In this document: positions 32,420 to 42,715 of the stretch, in pieces | Numbering within the stretch: position 1 is the first letter of the stretch | Layout of the letters: every line of letters begins with the position of its first letter | Origin: an uncultured Methanomicrobiaceae archaeon | GTDB taxonomy: Archaea; Halobacteriota; Methanomicrobia; Methanomicrobiales; Methanoculleaceae | NCBI GenBank assembly: GCA_963826525.1 | Contig: CAWGXH010000004.1 | Location: 1,312,001 to 1,376,000, forward strand | Direction of reading: 5' to 3' | Length of the DNA: 64,000 bases | Notes under the pieces: model-generated | Told to the model about the DNA's origin: nothing | Database searches by the model: none | Seen by the model: only the letters and a program-made list of their open reading frames with translations | Program-made: the position numbers and the translations under genes

Positions 32420-33376
32420 ATGACTACGAAAGCATGGATGCCCCGTGTGGGCATCGTGGCATTGCTGGTGCTGATCTGCTGCACGGCGTGGGCCTGCGCC
32501 CAGCCGGTCGGCCCCGATCAGGCATCTGCTTCCGAACCGGCGGATCCGGGTGTGCTCAAAATTGCAACGACAACGAGTCTTGATAACACCGGACTGCTTG
32601 CTGCGCTGGAGCAGGTCTACGAGAACGAAACCGGCGTCGACCTCCAGTTCATCGCACAGGGGACGGGCCAGGCACTCGATACCGCCAGCAGGGGCGATGT
32701 CGACATGGTCATGGTGCACGCCCCGAGCCTTGAGGAACAGTTTATCAGCGATGGTTACGGTGTCAATCCCCGCTGCTTCGCCTACAACTACTTCATCATC
32801 GTCGGACCGCCGGATGACCCGGCAGGTATCCAGGGACTCTCTGCCGCGGATGCGTTCAAGCAGATATATCTCGCGGGCAGCAACGGAACCTCCGGTGTCG
32901 TCTTCGTCTCCCGCGGTGACAACTCCGGCACTAACACGAAAGAGAAGGAACTCTGGGAAACTGCCGGCTACAACTACACCAGCCAGGTTCAGGGTTCCAG
33001 CAACTGGTATCTGGAGTCCGGGAAGGGCATGGGCGACACGCTGGTGCTCGCCAACGAGAAGAACGGCTATACCCTCTCCGACGAAGGCACCTACCTCGCA
33101 TTCAAGTCGCAGCTGAACCTCGTGCCGCTCGTCAACCAGAGCCCGGAACTGCTGAACCGCTACAGCGCAATCCTGGTGAACCCGGAGAAGTACCCCACCA
33201 CGAATTATCCGGGAGCTGTTAACTTCACCAACTGGCTCATCACGAACGACACCAAGGAGTTCATCGGTAACTTCGGTGTGGCGGAGTACGGGCAGCCGCT
33301 CTTCACCCCGCTGTACGAGCCGCAGTGTGCAGAACCATCCTTCAACTGCACCTGCACCGGAAACATAACTGCATAA
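32420..33376 (+). CDS. tupA: Tungstate ABC substrate-binding protein, copy 1
   Basis: ATTTSLDNTGLL, GTGQA, VHAP, SRGDNSGT, YTLSD. Confidence 0.9.
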   Translation: MTTKAWMPRVGIVALLVLICCTAWACAQPVGPDQASASEPADPGVLKIATTTSLDNTGLLAALEQVYENETGVDLQFIAQGTGQALDTASRGDVDMVMVHAPSLEEQFISDGYGVNPRCFAYNYFIIVGPPDDPAGIQGLSAADAFKQIYLAGSNGTSGVVFVSRGDNSGTNTKEKELWETAGYNYTSQVQGSSNWYLESGKGMGDTLVLANEKNGYTLSDEGTYLAFKSQLNLVPLVNQSPELLNRYSAILVNPEKYPTTNYPGAVNFTNWLITNDTKEFIGNFGVAEYGQPLFTPLYEPQCAEPSFNCTCTGNITA

Positions 33377-33646
33377 CGACCACGGTACCCATCAATGAAC
33401 GCGGACAATTCCCGCCGCCTGTGCCGGGAGGTGCGGGCGGCGGAGAGATCCGCTTGCGGCCGGATACAGGCCCCTGTATGCTTTTTGCGCCCTCCGAATC
33501 CCGGAAATGTATCGCTATCGTCACGGAGCAGATCGGTGAGGTGTCGACCGGTATTGAGAGGAGAGAGTAGAGGAGATCTCCTTAACCCCAACCGATCAGT
33601 TGCAGTAAATTATATATGTGAGATTAATCTTTCCAGACAGCTGAGT

Positions 33647-34639
33647 ATGAGACCGAAACTGACGCTTCTTACGGCCGGTATTGTCGTACTCGCTGTCATC
33701 ACTGCTCTGTGTGCAGGGTGCACCGGGACAACACCGGGGAACGAAACTCCGAATGCGACGGCGAACGCGACACCCGTCGGGACTGCAGGAGCTGCCGGCG
33801 GCAGCAATGTCCTCCGTATTGCGACTACGACGAGCCTCGATAACACCGGACTGCTTACCGCGATGGAGCAGGTCTACGAGAACGAGACCGGTGTCGACCT
33901 CCAGTTCATCGCACAGGGGACGGGCCAATCCATCGATACCGCCACGCGCGGCGACGTGGATATGATCATGGTCCATGCGCCGGCGCTCGAGCAGGTATTC
34001 ATCGACCAGGGCTACGGCATCAATCCCCGCTGCTTCGCCTACAACTACTTCATCATCGTCGGGCCGCCCGCCGACCCGGCAGGGATCCAGGGACTGTCCG
34101 CCGCGGATGCGTTCAAGCAGATCTATCTCGCGGGCAGCAACGGAACCTCCGGTGTTGCCTTCGTCTCTCGCGGTGACAACTCCGGCACCCATACGAAGGA
34201 GAAGGAACTCTGGGCTCTTGCAGGCTACAACTACACCAGCCAGGTTCAGGGTTCCAGCAACTGGTATCTGGAGTCCGGGAAGGGCATGGGCGACACGCTG
34301 GTGCTCGCCAATGAGAAGAACGGCTATACCCTCTCCGATGAAGGCACCTACCTCGCATTCAAGTCGCAGCTGAACCTCGTGCCGCTCGTCAACCAGAGTC
34401 CGGAACTGCTGAACCGCTACAGCGCGATCGCAGTGAACCCGGAGAAGTATCCGGATACGAACATCCAGGGTGCGGATGAGTTCATCAACTGGATAATCTC
34501 GGACGAAGGGAAGCAGTTGATCGGTAATTACGGTGTTGAGGAGTACGGAAAGGCGCTCTTCACTCCGCTGTACGCACCCGAGTGCACGCAGCCGCCGTTC
34601 AACTGCACCTGTGCGGAACCGATCCCGATACCTGCATAA
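33647..34639 (+). CDS. tupA: Tungstate ABC substrate-binding lipoprotein, copy 2
   Basis: Lipobox CAGC; ATTTSLDNTGLL, SRGDNSGTH; near-identical to copy 1 at offset 1257 nt. Confidence 0.92.
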   Translation: MRPKLTLLTAGIVVLAVITALCAGCTGTTPGNETPNATANATPVGTAGAAGGSNVLRIATTTSLDNTGLLTAMEQVYENETGVDLQFIAQGTGQSIDTATRGDVDMIMVHAPALEQVFIDQGYGINPRCFAYNYFIIVGPPADPAGIQGLSAADAFKQIYLAGSNGTSGVAFVSRGDNSGTHTKEKELWALAGYNYTSQVQGSSNWYLESGKGMGDTLVLANEKNGYTLSDEGTYLAFKSQLNLVPLVNQSPELLNRYSAIAVNPEKYPDTNIQGADEFINWIISDEGKQLIGNYGVEEYGKALFTPLYAPECTQPPFNCTCAEPIPIPA

Positions 34640-34738
34640 GGAAGGAACTGCGTTCGATATGGAATGAAAACCCTGGCAGCGAGGGGAGGGACAACATGGG
34701 GATCCGGTGATCCCGACACAACCGGGAGATGATGAGCG

Positions 34739-35432
34739 ATCGCAGAGAATGAGATCATCCAGGGAATCATCGAGGCGATCAACCTCATCATCACCCTCAA
34801 CCCGAGCGTCGTACAGATCACCATCCTGTCCCTCTACATATCCCTCACCGCCACCCTCATCGCCGCATCCGTCGCCATGCCGCTCGGGGCTTTTATCTAC
34901 TTTAAGGAGTTCCGGGGAAAGCAGGCGGTCATCAGCACGCTCCAGACACTGTATGCACTTCCCACGGTTATCGTCGGGCTGCTGATGTTTCTGCTCCTCT
35001 CCAACGTGGGGCCGTTAGGGTTTCTGCGCCTCCTCTACACGCCGACCGGCATGATCGTGGCGCAGACGGTTCTCATCATTCCTCTGCTCACCGGGTTGAC
35101 GGTCACGGCGCTCTCGGGCATAGACCGGGAGAAGCGCTATACCATTATCAGCTCTTGGCGCCAGCTCGTTCCAGTCCATCACTACCATCCTCCTGGAGGC
35201 GAAATTCGCGATTATAGGCGCGGTGGTGCTCGGCTTCGGGCGGGCGATCTCCGAGGTGGGCACGGTGATGATCGTCGGCGGTAACATCCGCGGCTACACC
35301 CGGGTGCTCACCACCGCGATCGCGCTCAACACCTCCATGGCGAACTACTCGATGTCGATCGCGCTCGGCATCATTCTGCTGGGGGTTGCGCTCGGGGTGA
35401 ACATTGCCCTCTCCCTGGTACAACGCAGGTGA
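34739..35432 (+). CDS. tupB: Tungstate ABC permease (frameshift near 35150; start uncertain)
   Basis: NEIIQGIIEAINLII..., YALPTVIVGL, FGRAISEVG..MIVGGNIRGYTRVLTTAI. Confidence 0.85.
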
Positions 35433-35437
35433 ACCGG

Positions 35438-36545
35438 ATGATCATCGAAGCACATGAACTCACCAAGGCATACAACTCCCGCGAAGTGCTCCACGGGATT
35501 ACCATTGACGTCAGTGAAGGGGAGACCCTCGGGATCATCGGACCGAGCGGTTCGGGAAAGAGCACCCTGCTCCGGCTTCTGGACCTGATCGAGCCGCCGA
35601 CCTCGGGGGATCTCAGGCTCTTCGGGGTGAACGTGACGGATAAGCATCCCCGGATAGAGATCCGGCGGCGGATGGGCATGCTCTTCCAGAAGCCGATCGT
35701 CTTCAACTCCAGCGTCTATAACAATGTCGCCATGGGGATGAAGTATCGGAAGGTGCCGAGAAACGAGATCGACCGGCGCGTCACAGGAGGCGCTTGAGGC
35801 GGTGGGTCTCTCCCAGTACATCAGGAGCAAAGCGCCCGATCTCTCCGGCGGCGAGCAGCAGCGGGTGGCGTTATCAAGGGTGATCGTCACCGAGCCGGAG
35901 ATCCTCTTCCTCGACGAGCCGACGGCAAACCTCGACCCGACTTCCACGGCCACCATCGAGGAGATAGTGCTGCGGCTGAACCGTGAGCTCGGAACCACTA
36001 TCGTCATAAACACCCACGACATGCTCCAGGGTCAGCGGCTCTCGCAGCGGGTCGGGGTCATGATCGCGGGTGAGATCATGCAGGTTGGAAAACCGAGAGA
36101 GATCTTCCACAATCCGAATAACCTTCAGATCGCACGGTTTGTGGGGGTCGACAACATCCTCTCCGGCAGGATCGTCCCGGGCGGTCAGAATGGCCTTACG
36201 GTGGTCGAGGTGCAGGGAAAACGGATCGAGGTTGCAGAGCAGCCTCCGGGCAGGAGGAATGCCGGGGTGAAGGTCGTCTTCCGGGGAGAGGACGTCACGA
36301 TCGGAACCGGGGAACCGGCCACGACGAGTGCCCGGAACGTCTTTTCGGGTTTCATTACAGGTATCGAATCGACCGCGCCGTTCGTCGCCGTGACGATTGA
36401 CTGCGGATTTCCGGTCACGGCGCTCGTGACCGCCCGTTCCGCGGATGCTATGGACTTAGAGGCCAAAAAAAGAGTCTGGGTCTCCTTCAAGGCCAGCGCC
36501 CTGCACCTCATCCCGGAGGAGGCGGATGCCGGCGCCGGGGGATAG
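35438..36545 (+). CDS. tupC: Tungstate ABC ATPase with TOBE domain (frameshift near 35785)
   Basis: GPSGSGKS, LSGGEQQRV, LDEPT, TSARNVF. Confidence 0.85.
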
Positions 36546-36559
36546 TATCATGACGATAC

Positions 36560-37396
36560 ATGCAAGATGTGTCAAGCAGGAGTATGACTATGAGTCCGAG
36601 ACGAGAGATGGAGTCGAAGCTGAAAGGAGAATCGCTGGTGAGGCGCGGGTTGATGCGGCGGTATGAAGGCCGGCCGCAGATCCGGATCGCTCCCGAACTT
36701 AACGTCGTCAAGATCGGCGGGCATGGCATCATCGATTACGGCGCTCCGGTTGTCCAGCCGCTGGTTGATGAGATCGGGGAGCTCTCGAAGACGTATAAGA
36801 TGCTCGTCGTGACCGGCGGCGGCGTGCGGGTGCGGCACATCCTCGACATCGGCCTTGATCTCGGGATGCCGACGGGCGTCCTTGCGGAGCTGACGAGCAA
36901 GATCAGCGAGCAGAATGCGATCATGATGGCGGTGCTGCTCTCCCGGTACAGCGGCATGCGGATCCATACCGCCGACCTCCTCGATATTCCCATGCTGCTG
37001 AAGATGGGCATGCTGCCGGTGACGCACGGGACGCCCCCCTACGGGCTCTACGAGTACCCGCCCGATATCGGGATGATCCCGCCGCACCGCACCGATACCG
37101 GAGCGCTCCTCGCGGCAGAGGTGGTCGGGGCGAAGAGCTGTATTCTCGTCAAGAACGTCGACGGCCTCTACACGGAAAACCCCTTTGTGAACTCCGATGC
37201 GGAGCTGATCAGGGATATCTCGGCACGGGAACTTCTCGATATGCAGATGGAGGATCTTGTCCTCGAGGATAAAGCCGTCGAGCTGCTGCTCCATACCAAG
37301 AACGTGAAGAAAGTGCAGATCATCAACGGGCACAAACCGGGTCTGCTGACGGCCGCGCTCCGTGGGGAGAACGTCGGCACGATCATCAGGGCGTAA
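36560..37396 (+). CDS. Molybdenum storage protein (MosA/MosB-like, amino-acid-kinase fold)
   Basis: VVKIGGH.IIDYG, PLVDEI, TGGGVRVRH, GMPTGVLA, EQNA, PPHRTDTG, VKNVDGLYTENP, GENVGTII, as recalled for Azotobacter MoSto; start may be 36584 or 36590. Confidence 0.8.
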   Translation: MQDVSSRSMTMSPRREMESKLKGESLVRRGLMRRYEGRPQIRIAPELNVVKIGGHGIIDYGAPVVQPLVDEIGELSKTYKMLVVTGGGVRVRHILDIGLDLGMPTGVLAELTSKISEQNAIMMAVLLSRYSGMRIHTADLLDIPMLLKMGMLPVTHGTPPYGLYEYPPDIGMIPPHRTDTGALLAAEVVGAKSCILVKNVDGLYTENPFVNSDAELIRDISARELLDMQMEDLVLEDKAVELLLHTKNVKKVQIINGHKPGLLTAALRGENVGTIIRA

Positions 37397-37485
37397 CGTC
37401 TCTTGCAGGGGCGGGAGGCAACCCTTTCCCTCTTTCTGCGAAAAAAGTAACCTCTCTTCTTTAATTCCTTCTCTGAGTACGCCTC

Positions 37486-37505
37486 GTTCAGTAAATTGCC
37501 TTAAC
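37486..37505. promoter_or_regulatory. Candidate operator GTTCA-N10-TTAAC upstream of wtpABC
   Basis: Same 20-bp dyad geometry as the other sites. Confidence 0.5.
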
Positions 37506-37554
37506 TCAAGGTGAATATAGAAACTATATATTGGTGTCAGTTCATGGTTTTTTC

Positions 37555-38630
37555 ATGAACAATATGCGCATATGTGCACTTCTGTGCCTGTGCCTCTGCG
37601 CCGCAGTCATGATCTGCGGCTGCACCGGCACGTCGACCGAGACCCCCGAGTCGGGAAACGCCACTGCCACTCCGACGTCTGCAGAGCAGATTCAGGTCAA
37701 GGTCTTCCTTGCCGGAAGCCTCGCCGGGCCGTTTGAGAAGATGAAAGCGGCATTTGAAGCAGAGTTCCCGAACACCGAAGTGCTCCTCGAACCCGCAGGG
37801 AGCGTCGACACCATCAAGAAGGTGACGGAGAACGGCAAGCCCGCTGATGTCGTTGCATCCGCCGACTATGCACTCATTCCGCAGATGATGGTTCCCGATC
37901 ACGCCGACTGGTATCTCACCTTCGCCAAGAACACGATGGTGATCACCTACACGAACGAGAGCAAGTACGCTGATGAGATCACCGCGGATAACTGGTATGA
38001 TGTCCTTAACCGCGACGGCGTCAAGTGGGCGTTCTCGGACCCGAACTCCGACCCCTGCGGCTACCGCACGCCGATGGTGATCCAGTCTCGCCGAGGCCTG
38101 CTACAACAACGACCAGATCTTCGAGACACTTCTCGGGGAGCACAGCGGCATCACCGCTACCGAAGAGAACGGCACCTATACCATCCACGCCACCGAACCG
38201 AACCCCGACACCACAACCCTGACCATCCGCCCGAAGAGCGTCGAGCTCGGTGCAGATGGTGCAGTCCGGCGGCCTTGACTATGCGTGGGAGTACCGGAGC
38301 GTCGCGGTGCAGAACGACCTGCAGTTCGTGGAGCTTCCGGCAGCGATCGACCTCTCCTCCGTCGAGTATGCCGACACCTATGCGACCGTCCAGATCGAGT
38401 GCAAGAAGGGCAACGGCACAACCATCTATGTGGGCGCCCCCATCGTCTACGGCGTGACCGTCCCCGCGATCGCCGAGCACCCCGAGATGGGTATCGAGTT
38501 TGTCAAGATGCTGATCGGTCCCACCGGGCAGGCGATCCTGACCGAAGACGGACAGCCCCCGATCGTCCCGGCCAGTGGCTATGGCAACGTGTCCGCGCAG
38601 CTGAACTCCCTGGTTGCCATGAAGGCCTAA
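37555..38630 (+). CDS. wtpA: WtpA-type tungstate/molybdate-binding lipoprotein (+1 frameshifts near 38086 and 38249)
   Basis: ICGC lipobox, AGSL, GSV, ASADY, SDPNSDPCGYR, RPKS, WEYRSVA, PIVYGVTVP. Confidence 0.88.
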
Positions 38631-38697
38631 ACCTCCCTTTTTATTACCGCTCAGAGAAAACGAACGTATCTGAAACGCTCAGAGGACGTTTTTACCG

Positions 38698-39582
38698 ATG
38701 AAGATGGCAACACTCCTGAAAGATCTCTTTCCGCCTGGTGAGGACATGGCCGGATGGTTTGACAGATCCGGCTGGTCTCAACGCAGGATCGACTGGTGCA
38801 TCCTCGGGTTCTGTCTCCTCGGGTCGGTCATCGTCGGCATCACGGTGCTCGCGCTTGCAAATATCTCGATCACCGAATTTGCCAACCCCGGGCATCTGTT
38901 CGAGGTGGCCACGAGTGCGGAGGTCATCGGATCGATCCTGCTCACCTTCGGGGCTGGTCTGAACGCTGTCCTGCTGCTCATCCTCTTCGGCACCCCGCTC
39001 GCCTACGTGCTCGCCCGGTCGCAGCCATCGCGCACAAAGGAGGTGGTGGAGAGCATCGTCGATATCCCGCTCATCCTGCCCCACACGGTGGCCGGTATTC
39101 TGGTGTACCTCCTCTTCATGCGAAGAGGATGGCTCGGAGCACCGCTTGCGGACGTCGGGCTCTCCTTTGAGGACGCCTACCCCGGTACTGTCGTTGCGAT
39201 GCTCTTCGTGGCATCCCCGTTCTACATCAACACGATGCGGGAAGGTTTTCTGAAAGTGCCGGTACACCTCGAGAACGTTGCCCGGACACTCGGGGCGACG
39301 AGGTTCCAGACCTTCTTCCGGGTGACGCTGCCCTTAAGTTTCCGCCACATGTACAACGGTTCGATCCTTGCCTGGGGCCGTGCAATCGGTGAGTTTGCTG
39401 CCGTTATCATGATCGCATACTACCCGTTCATCGCCTCCACGCTGATCTACTACTCGTTTACAACGGACGGTATCAGGACGAGCAGAAGCATCGCGTTCAC
39501 CGTCATCGTCGTCAGTTTTGTGGTCTTCCTGGTGCTCCGGCGCCTGACGCGCTATATGGGGAGGTACGATGATCGAGTTTGA
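38698..39582 (+). CDS. wtpB: Wtp/Mod-type ABC permease
   Basis: DIPLILPHTVAG, LENVARTLGA, WGRAIGEFAAV; start may be 38746. Confidence 0.85.
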   Translation: MKMATLLKDLFPPGEDMAGWFDRSGWSQRRIDWCILGFCLLGSVIVGITVLALANISITEFANPGHLFEVATSAEVIGSILLTFGAGLNAVLLLILFGTPLAYVLARSQPSRTKEVVESIVDIPLILPHTVAGILVYLLFMRRGWLGAPLADVGLSFEDAYPGTVVAMLFVASPFYINTMREGFLKVPVHLENVARTLGATRFQTFFRVTLPLSFRHMYNGSILAWGRAIGEFAAVIMIAYYPFIASTLIYYSFTTDGIRTSRSIAFTVIVVSFVVFLVLRRLTRYMGRYDDRV

Positions 39583-40654
39583 CCGCGTATCGCTGGCGCT
39601 CGGGCAGTTTGCTCTGAAGGAAGTCAGCCTGACCATCAACGAGGGCGACTACTACTTCATCGTCGGGCCGTCCGGTGCCGGGAAGACGGTGATGCTCGAG
39701 GCGATCGCCGGGCTCCACCGCCCGGAGCGCGGGCGCGTGCTCCTCCGCGGCGAGGATATCACTGCTACGCTGCCGGAAGAGCGGCGTATCGGGCTTGTGT
39801 ACCAGGACTACTCGCTCTTCCCGCACATGACCGTCTACGGCAATATCGCCTTCGGCCTGCGTCTCCAGGGGCGTTCGAAGGAGGAGGTCTCCCGTGACGT
39901 CGACGACCTTCTGCAGCGGTTCGGCATCGAACACCTGCAGGATCGCTACCCGCTGACGCTCTCAGGAGGGGAACAGCAGCGGGTGGCGCTCGCCCGTTCC
40001 ATCGCGGTGAAGCCCGATATCCTGCTGCTCGACGAACCGCTCTCGGCGCTCGATCCGGTCACCCGGGAGAAGTTCATGCAGGACCTTGCGGCTCTCCACC
40101 GCGAGCAGCACCTGACGATCGTCCAGGTGAGCCACGAGCGGAGCGAAGCGCGGCGGCTCGGCACCCGGATGGCGGTGATCATCGACGGCAGGCTCGTCGC
40201 CGAAGACCGTGTCAGCGCGGTGCTGAACGCCCCGGGCCGCCCGGACGTCGCCAGGTTCGTCGGCATCGAGAACGTCCTCGAGGGCAGCGTGATCGAGAAC
40301 GCCGGTGGCCTCGCCGTGATCGAGGTCTCTGGCCTCCGGTTCGAAGCGGTGACGGAGGCCCGACCCGGGACCTGCGTCTGCCTCTGCATCAGGGGCCAGG
40401 ACGTCGGCATCGCACTCTCCGGGAACCCGGCATCGAGCGCCCGGAATGTCTTTTCCGGAACCGTGACCGGCCTTGTCGGCAACGGGCCGCTCGTCGACGT
40501 CAGGGTCGACTGCGGTGTGGCAGTGACCGCGCTGCTGACGGAGAAGTCGGTCGAAGACCTTCGGCTAAATCCCGGATCAGGGGTCGTTCTGCTCATCAAG
40601 GCGAGCGCCATTCATGTAATTGCCGGAGACCCCCCCCGGAAGATCGGTGCATAA
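39569..40654 (+). CDS. wtpC: Wtp-type ABC ATPase with TOBE domain
   Basis: GPSGAGKT, LSGGEQQR, LLDEPLSALD, SSARNVF. Confidence 0.87.
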   Translation: MIEFDRVSLALGQFALKEVSLTINEGDYYFIVGPSGAGKTVMLEAIAGLHRPERGRVLLRGEDITATLPEERRIGLVYQDYSLFPHMTVYGNIAFGLRLQGRSKEEVSRDVDDLLQRFGIEHLQDRYPLTLSGGEQQRVALARSIAVKPDILLLDEPLSALDPVTREKFMQDLAALHREQHLTIVQVSHERSEARRLGTRMAVIIDGRLVAEDRVSAVLNAPGRPDVARFVGIENVLEGSVIENAGGLAVIEVSGLRFEAVTEARPGTCVCLCIRGQDVGIALSGNPASSARNVFSGTVTGLVGNGPLVDVRVDCGVAVTALLTEKSVEDLRLNPGSGVVLLIKASAIHVIAGDPPRKIGA

Positions 40655-40683
40655 CAAACTCCGGAGGTATTCTGGAAGTTCTC

Positions 40684-41145
40684 TCAATCAGAAACAGCGT
40701 TGTGTTCGTCTTCGCCTTCGGTATCCGGGCTTTGCGGCCCGTCGAGCGAAGGTCTGCCCGTGGGAGCGTGATCCTGGTATCTGCCGCGCGTGGTCTGATC
40801 CGGTTTTATCTTCATCTTTCTGAGGAGTTCGGCGAGCATTCCGACGCCCAGTACCTCCTCGGCTGCATCGGCATACGTCGTCTCCATCATCCGGAGGAGG
40901 CAGCGCGTCCCCTCCGGGGTGGTCGATATCCCGACTCGCTCAACCCGGCGGATCAGTCCGTCCTGCTCCATCGCGGCATAGGCGGGAAGGACGTAGTAGT
41001 GCGGAACGTCGAGGTACTCGGCGAGCTTCCGCGTTGTCGGGAGGCGTATCGAGACGCCGCCCGGGGTAATACTGACGGTCATGCATCGATCTGCAAAGAG
41101 GAGGATCCGTAATGCCGCATCGAATATGTCATCCTGGTCGGACAT
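40684..41145 (-). CDS. GntR-like winged-helix protein
   Basis: RLPTTRKLAEYLDV...AYAAMEQDGLIRRVERVG resembles a GntR HTH. Confidence 0.65.
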   Translation of the reverse strand: MSDQDDIFDAALRILLFADRCMTVSITPGGVSIRLPTTRKLAEYLDVPHYYVLPAYAAMEQDGLIRRVERVGISTTPEGTRCLLRMMETTYADAAEEVLGVGMLAELLRKMKIKPDQTTRGRYQDHAPTGRPSLDGPQSPDTEGEDEHNAVSD

Positions 41146-41201
41146 GGTATCTGCTCGTGTATCGCTAAAATAGAATGGTTTTAATGGGAGCAGCGGAAGG
41201 A

Positions 41202-41429
41202 TCACTCCTTCTTCTTCTCGCCCCGCTCTTCTTCGGCCATCTCTTCGAGGTAGATCATCTCGGCACCGACGTCCTGCGCGATCTGCTCAAGTTCGGTCTT
41301 CCGAAAGTGCGTCCCCTCGATCTTCAGGTGTTTATCGTCTCCCTTCTCACCGGTTACGGCGACGACGCGGAAACGCGGCTGCTTTACGCCGGTTCCGACC
41401 TTCTGGCGCTCACGTACGTAGATCTTCAT
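41202..41429 (-). CDS. Small hypothetical protein (75 aa)
   Basis: Natural-looking composition; GAGGTGA RBS-like sequence upstream on the minus strand. Confidence 0.7.
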   Translation of the reverse strand: MKIYVRERQKVGTGVKQPRFRVVAVTGEKGDDKHLKIEGTHFRKTELEQIAQDVGAEMIYLEEMAEEERGEKKKE

Positions 41430-41608
41430 ACTCTTTTCACCTCTGATACAGTTGGTATACCACCTGGTATATTTCCTGAAATCTTAATACTTTCGCCGGA
41501 TCCCACCGGTGTCAAGAGACCGGAATCACGCATCTTTGCGGTTGCCCGGCTGAAATAAGATGTATCGATGGTATTCTCAGGCACCGGGGGGTTCTGTCGG
41601 TCTTGTTT

Positions 41609-41630
41609 AGTTAATCTGATTGCATTAACT
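41609..41630. promoter_or_regulatory. Perfect inverted repeat AGTTAAT-N8-ATTAACT in a divergent promoter
   Basis: agttaat ctgattgc attaact, between the regulator pair and the TiaS-like gene. Confidence 0.6.
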
Positions 41631-41689
41631 CTGCGAGGCTTCTTCACCGAAAAGAGCCGATGATAGAGAAAGGCTCCGGAGCAGAGACC

Positions 41690-42388
41690 ATGACAGTATA
41701 TCTCGGTATCGACGACACCGACACCCCCGAATCCCGCGGAACCGGGCTGCTTGCCCGGAAGATTGCGGCAAAACTTGCCGGGAGCTGCCGAATAGCCGGT
41801 GTGACCCGGCACCAGCTCTATGTTCATGACGATATCCCATACACGTCCCAGAACAGCTGCGCCGTCATCCACATCGAGGAGACGGAGAACGGATCCCTCC
41901 GGGAGATCCTCGGCGCTGCCCGCGAGATGATCCTCGCAGACTTCGTCGAAGGGAGCGACCCCGGTATCTGTATCGCTTCTGGGGATCAGGTAGCCGGGCA
42001 TTTGCTCTCATTCGGAATGCGGGCGAAGAGCGCCGTGGTGACGGAGGACGAGGCGCGGCACCTCGCCCGGGACACAGGCATCACGCTTGAAGGGCTCGGC
42101 GGCACGAACGGCGGCATCATCGGAGCGCTCGCCGGGGTCGGGCTCGCCGCCTCCCGGAACGACGGCAGGTTCGTCGTTCGCGGGCGCACACGGGATCTCA
42201 AAGGCTGCCAGACTGTTGCGACGCTCCTCGGCGGCGGCGTCGACAGCGTCATGACTCCGGACGGCATGCTCGTCACCGACGGTGTCGTCGAGATCCGGAA
42301 GTTCCCAAAACCCGCTCTCCGGCAGGGGCGGGCGGTGCTCTTCGTCGAGGATGCCGGCGGCGTCTACCGCGACCTCGTGGTCGGGTAG
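41690..42388 (+). CDS. Stand-alone TiaS N-terminal-like (GIDDTD) protein
   Basis: YLGIDDTD...GTG, RHQL...IPYTSQNS, EGSDPG, GIIGALAGVG; too short for full TiaS. Confidence 0.7.
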   Translation: MTVYLGIDDTDTPESRGTGLLARKIAAKLAGSCRIAGVTRHQLYVHDDIPYTSQNSCAVIHIEETENGSLREILGAAREMILADFVEGSDPGICIASGDQVAGHLLSFGMRAKSAVVTEDEARHLARDTGITLEGLGGTNGGIIGALAGVGLAASRNDGRFVVRGRTRDLKGCQTVATLLGGGVDSVMTPDGMLVTDGVVEIRKFPKPALRQGRAVLFVEDAGGVYRDLVVG

Positions 42389-42715
42389 CCGCCGGTATCC
42401 CGGCGCCCGGGTGAGGGTGGACTCGCCCTCATTCTGTCCTGAACAGAGGACAATATGACTCTCTTTTTCGATTTTACCAGAGGTTTATGAGGGCGGATCC
42501 CGGTGCTGGAATTAACCAGAGCAGATCGTCATGTTTCCTTAAAAACGGAAGGATTTTGGGGATATGGTGGCCGTATGAGCGGGGGTAATCGTGGGAGGAT
42601 GGTTACCCTGCCGCGCCTTGAGATCGGCTGTCTACGGGCTTCTGTGAGGGTCGAAACTCCGGCGAATTCTGGCCGGATTACGGGTATCTAAAGGTTTCCT
42701 GACCCCTCCCCTCCC

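Noticed and set aside
36560-37396. Annotation as uridylate kinase pyrH
   Set aside because: Motifs and gene context fit MoSto better
41690-42388. Annotation as true tiaS
   Set aside because: Lacks the C-terminal tRNA-binding domains
42409-42475. Hairpin and T-tract downstream of the TiaS-like gene
   Set aside because: Plausible ordinary terminator, too weak to call
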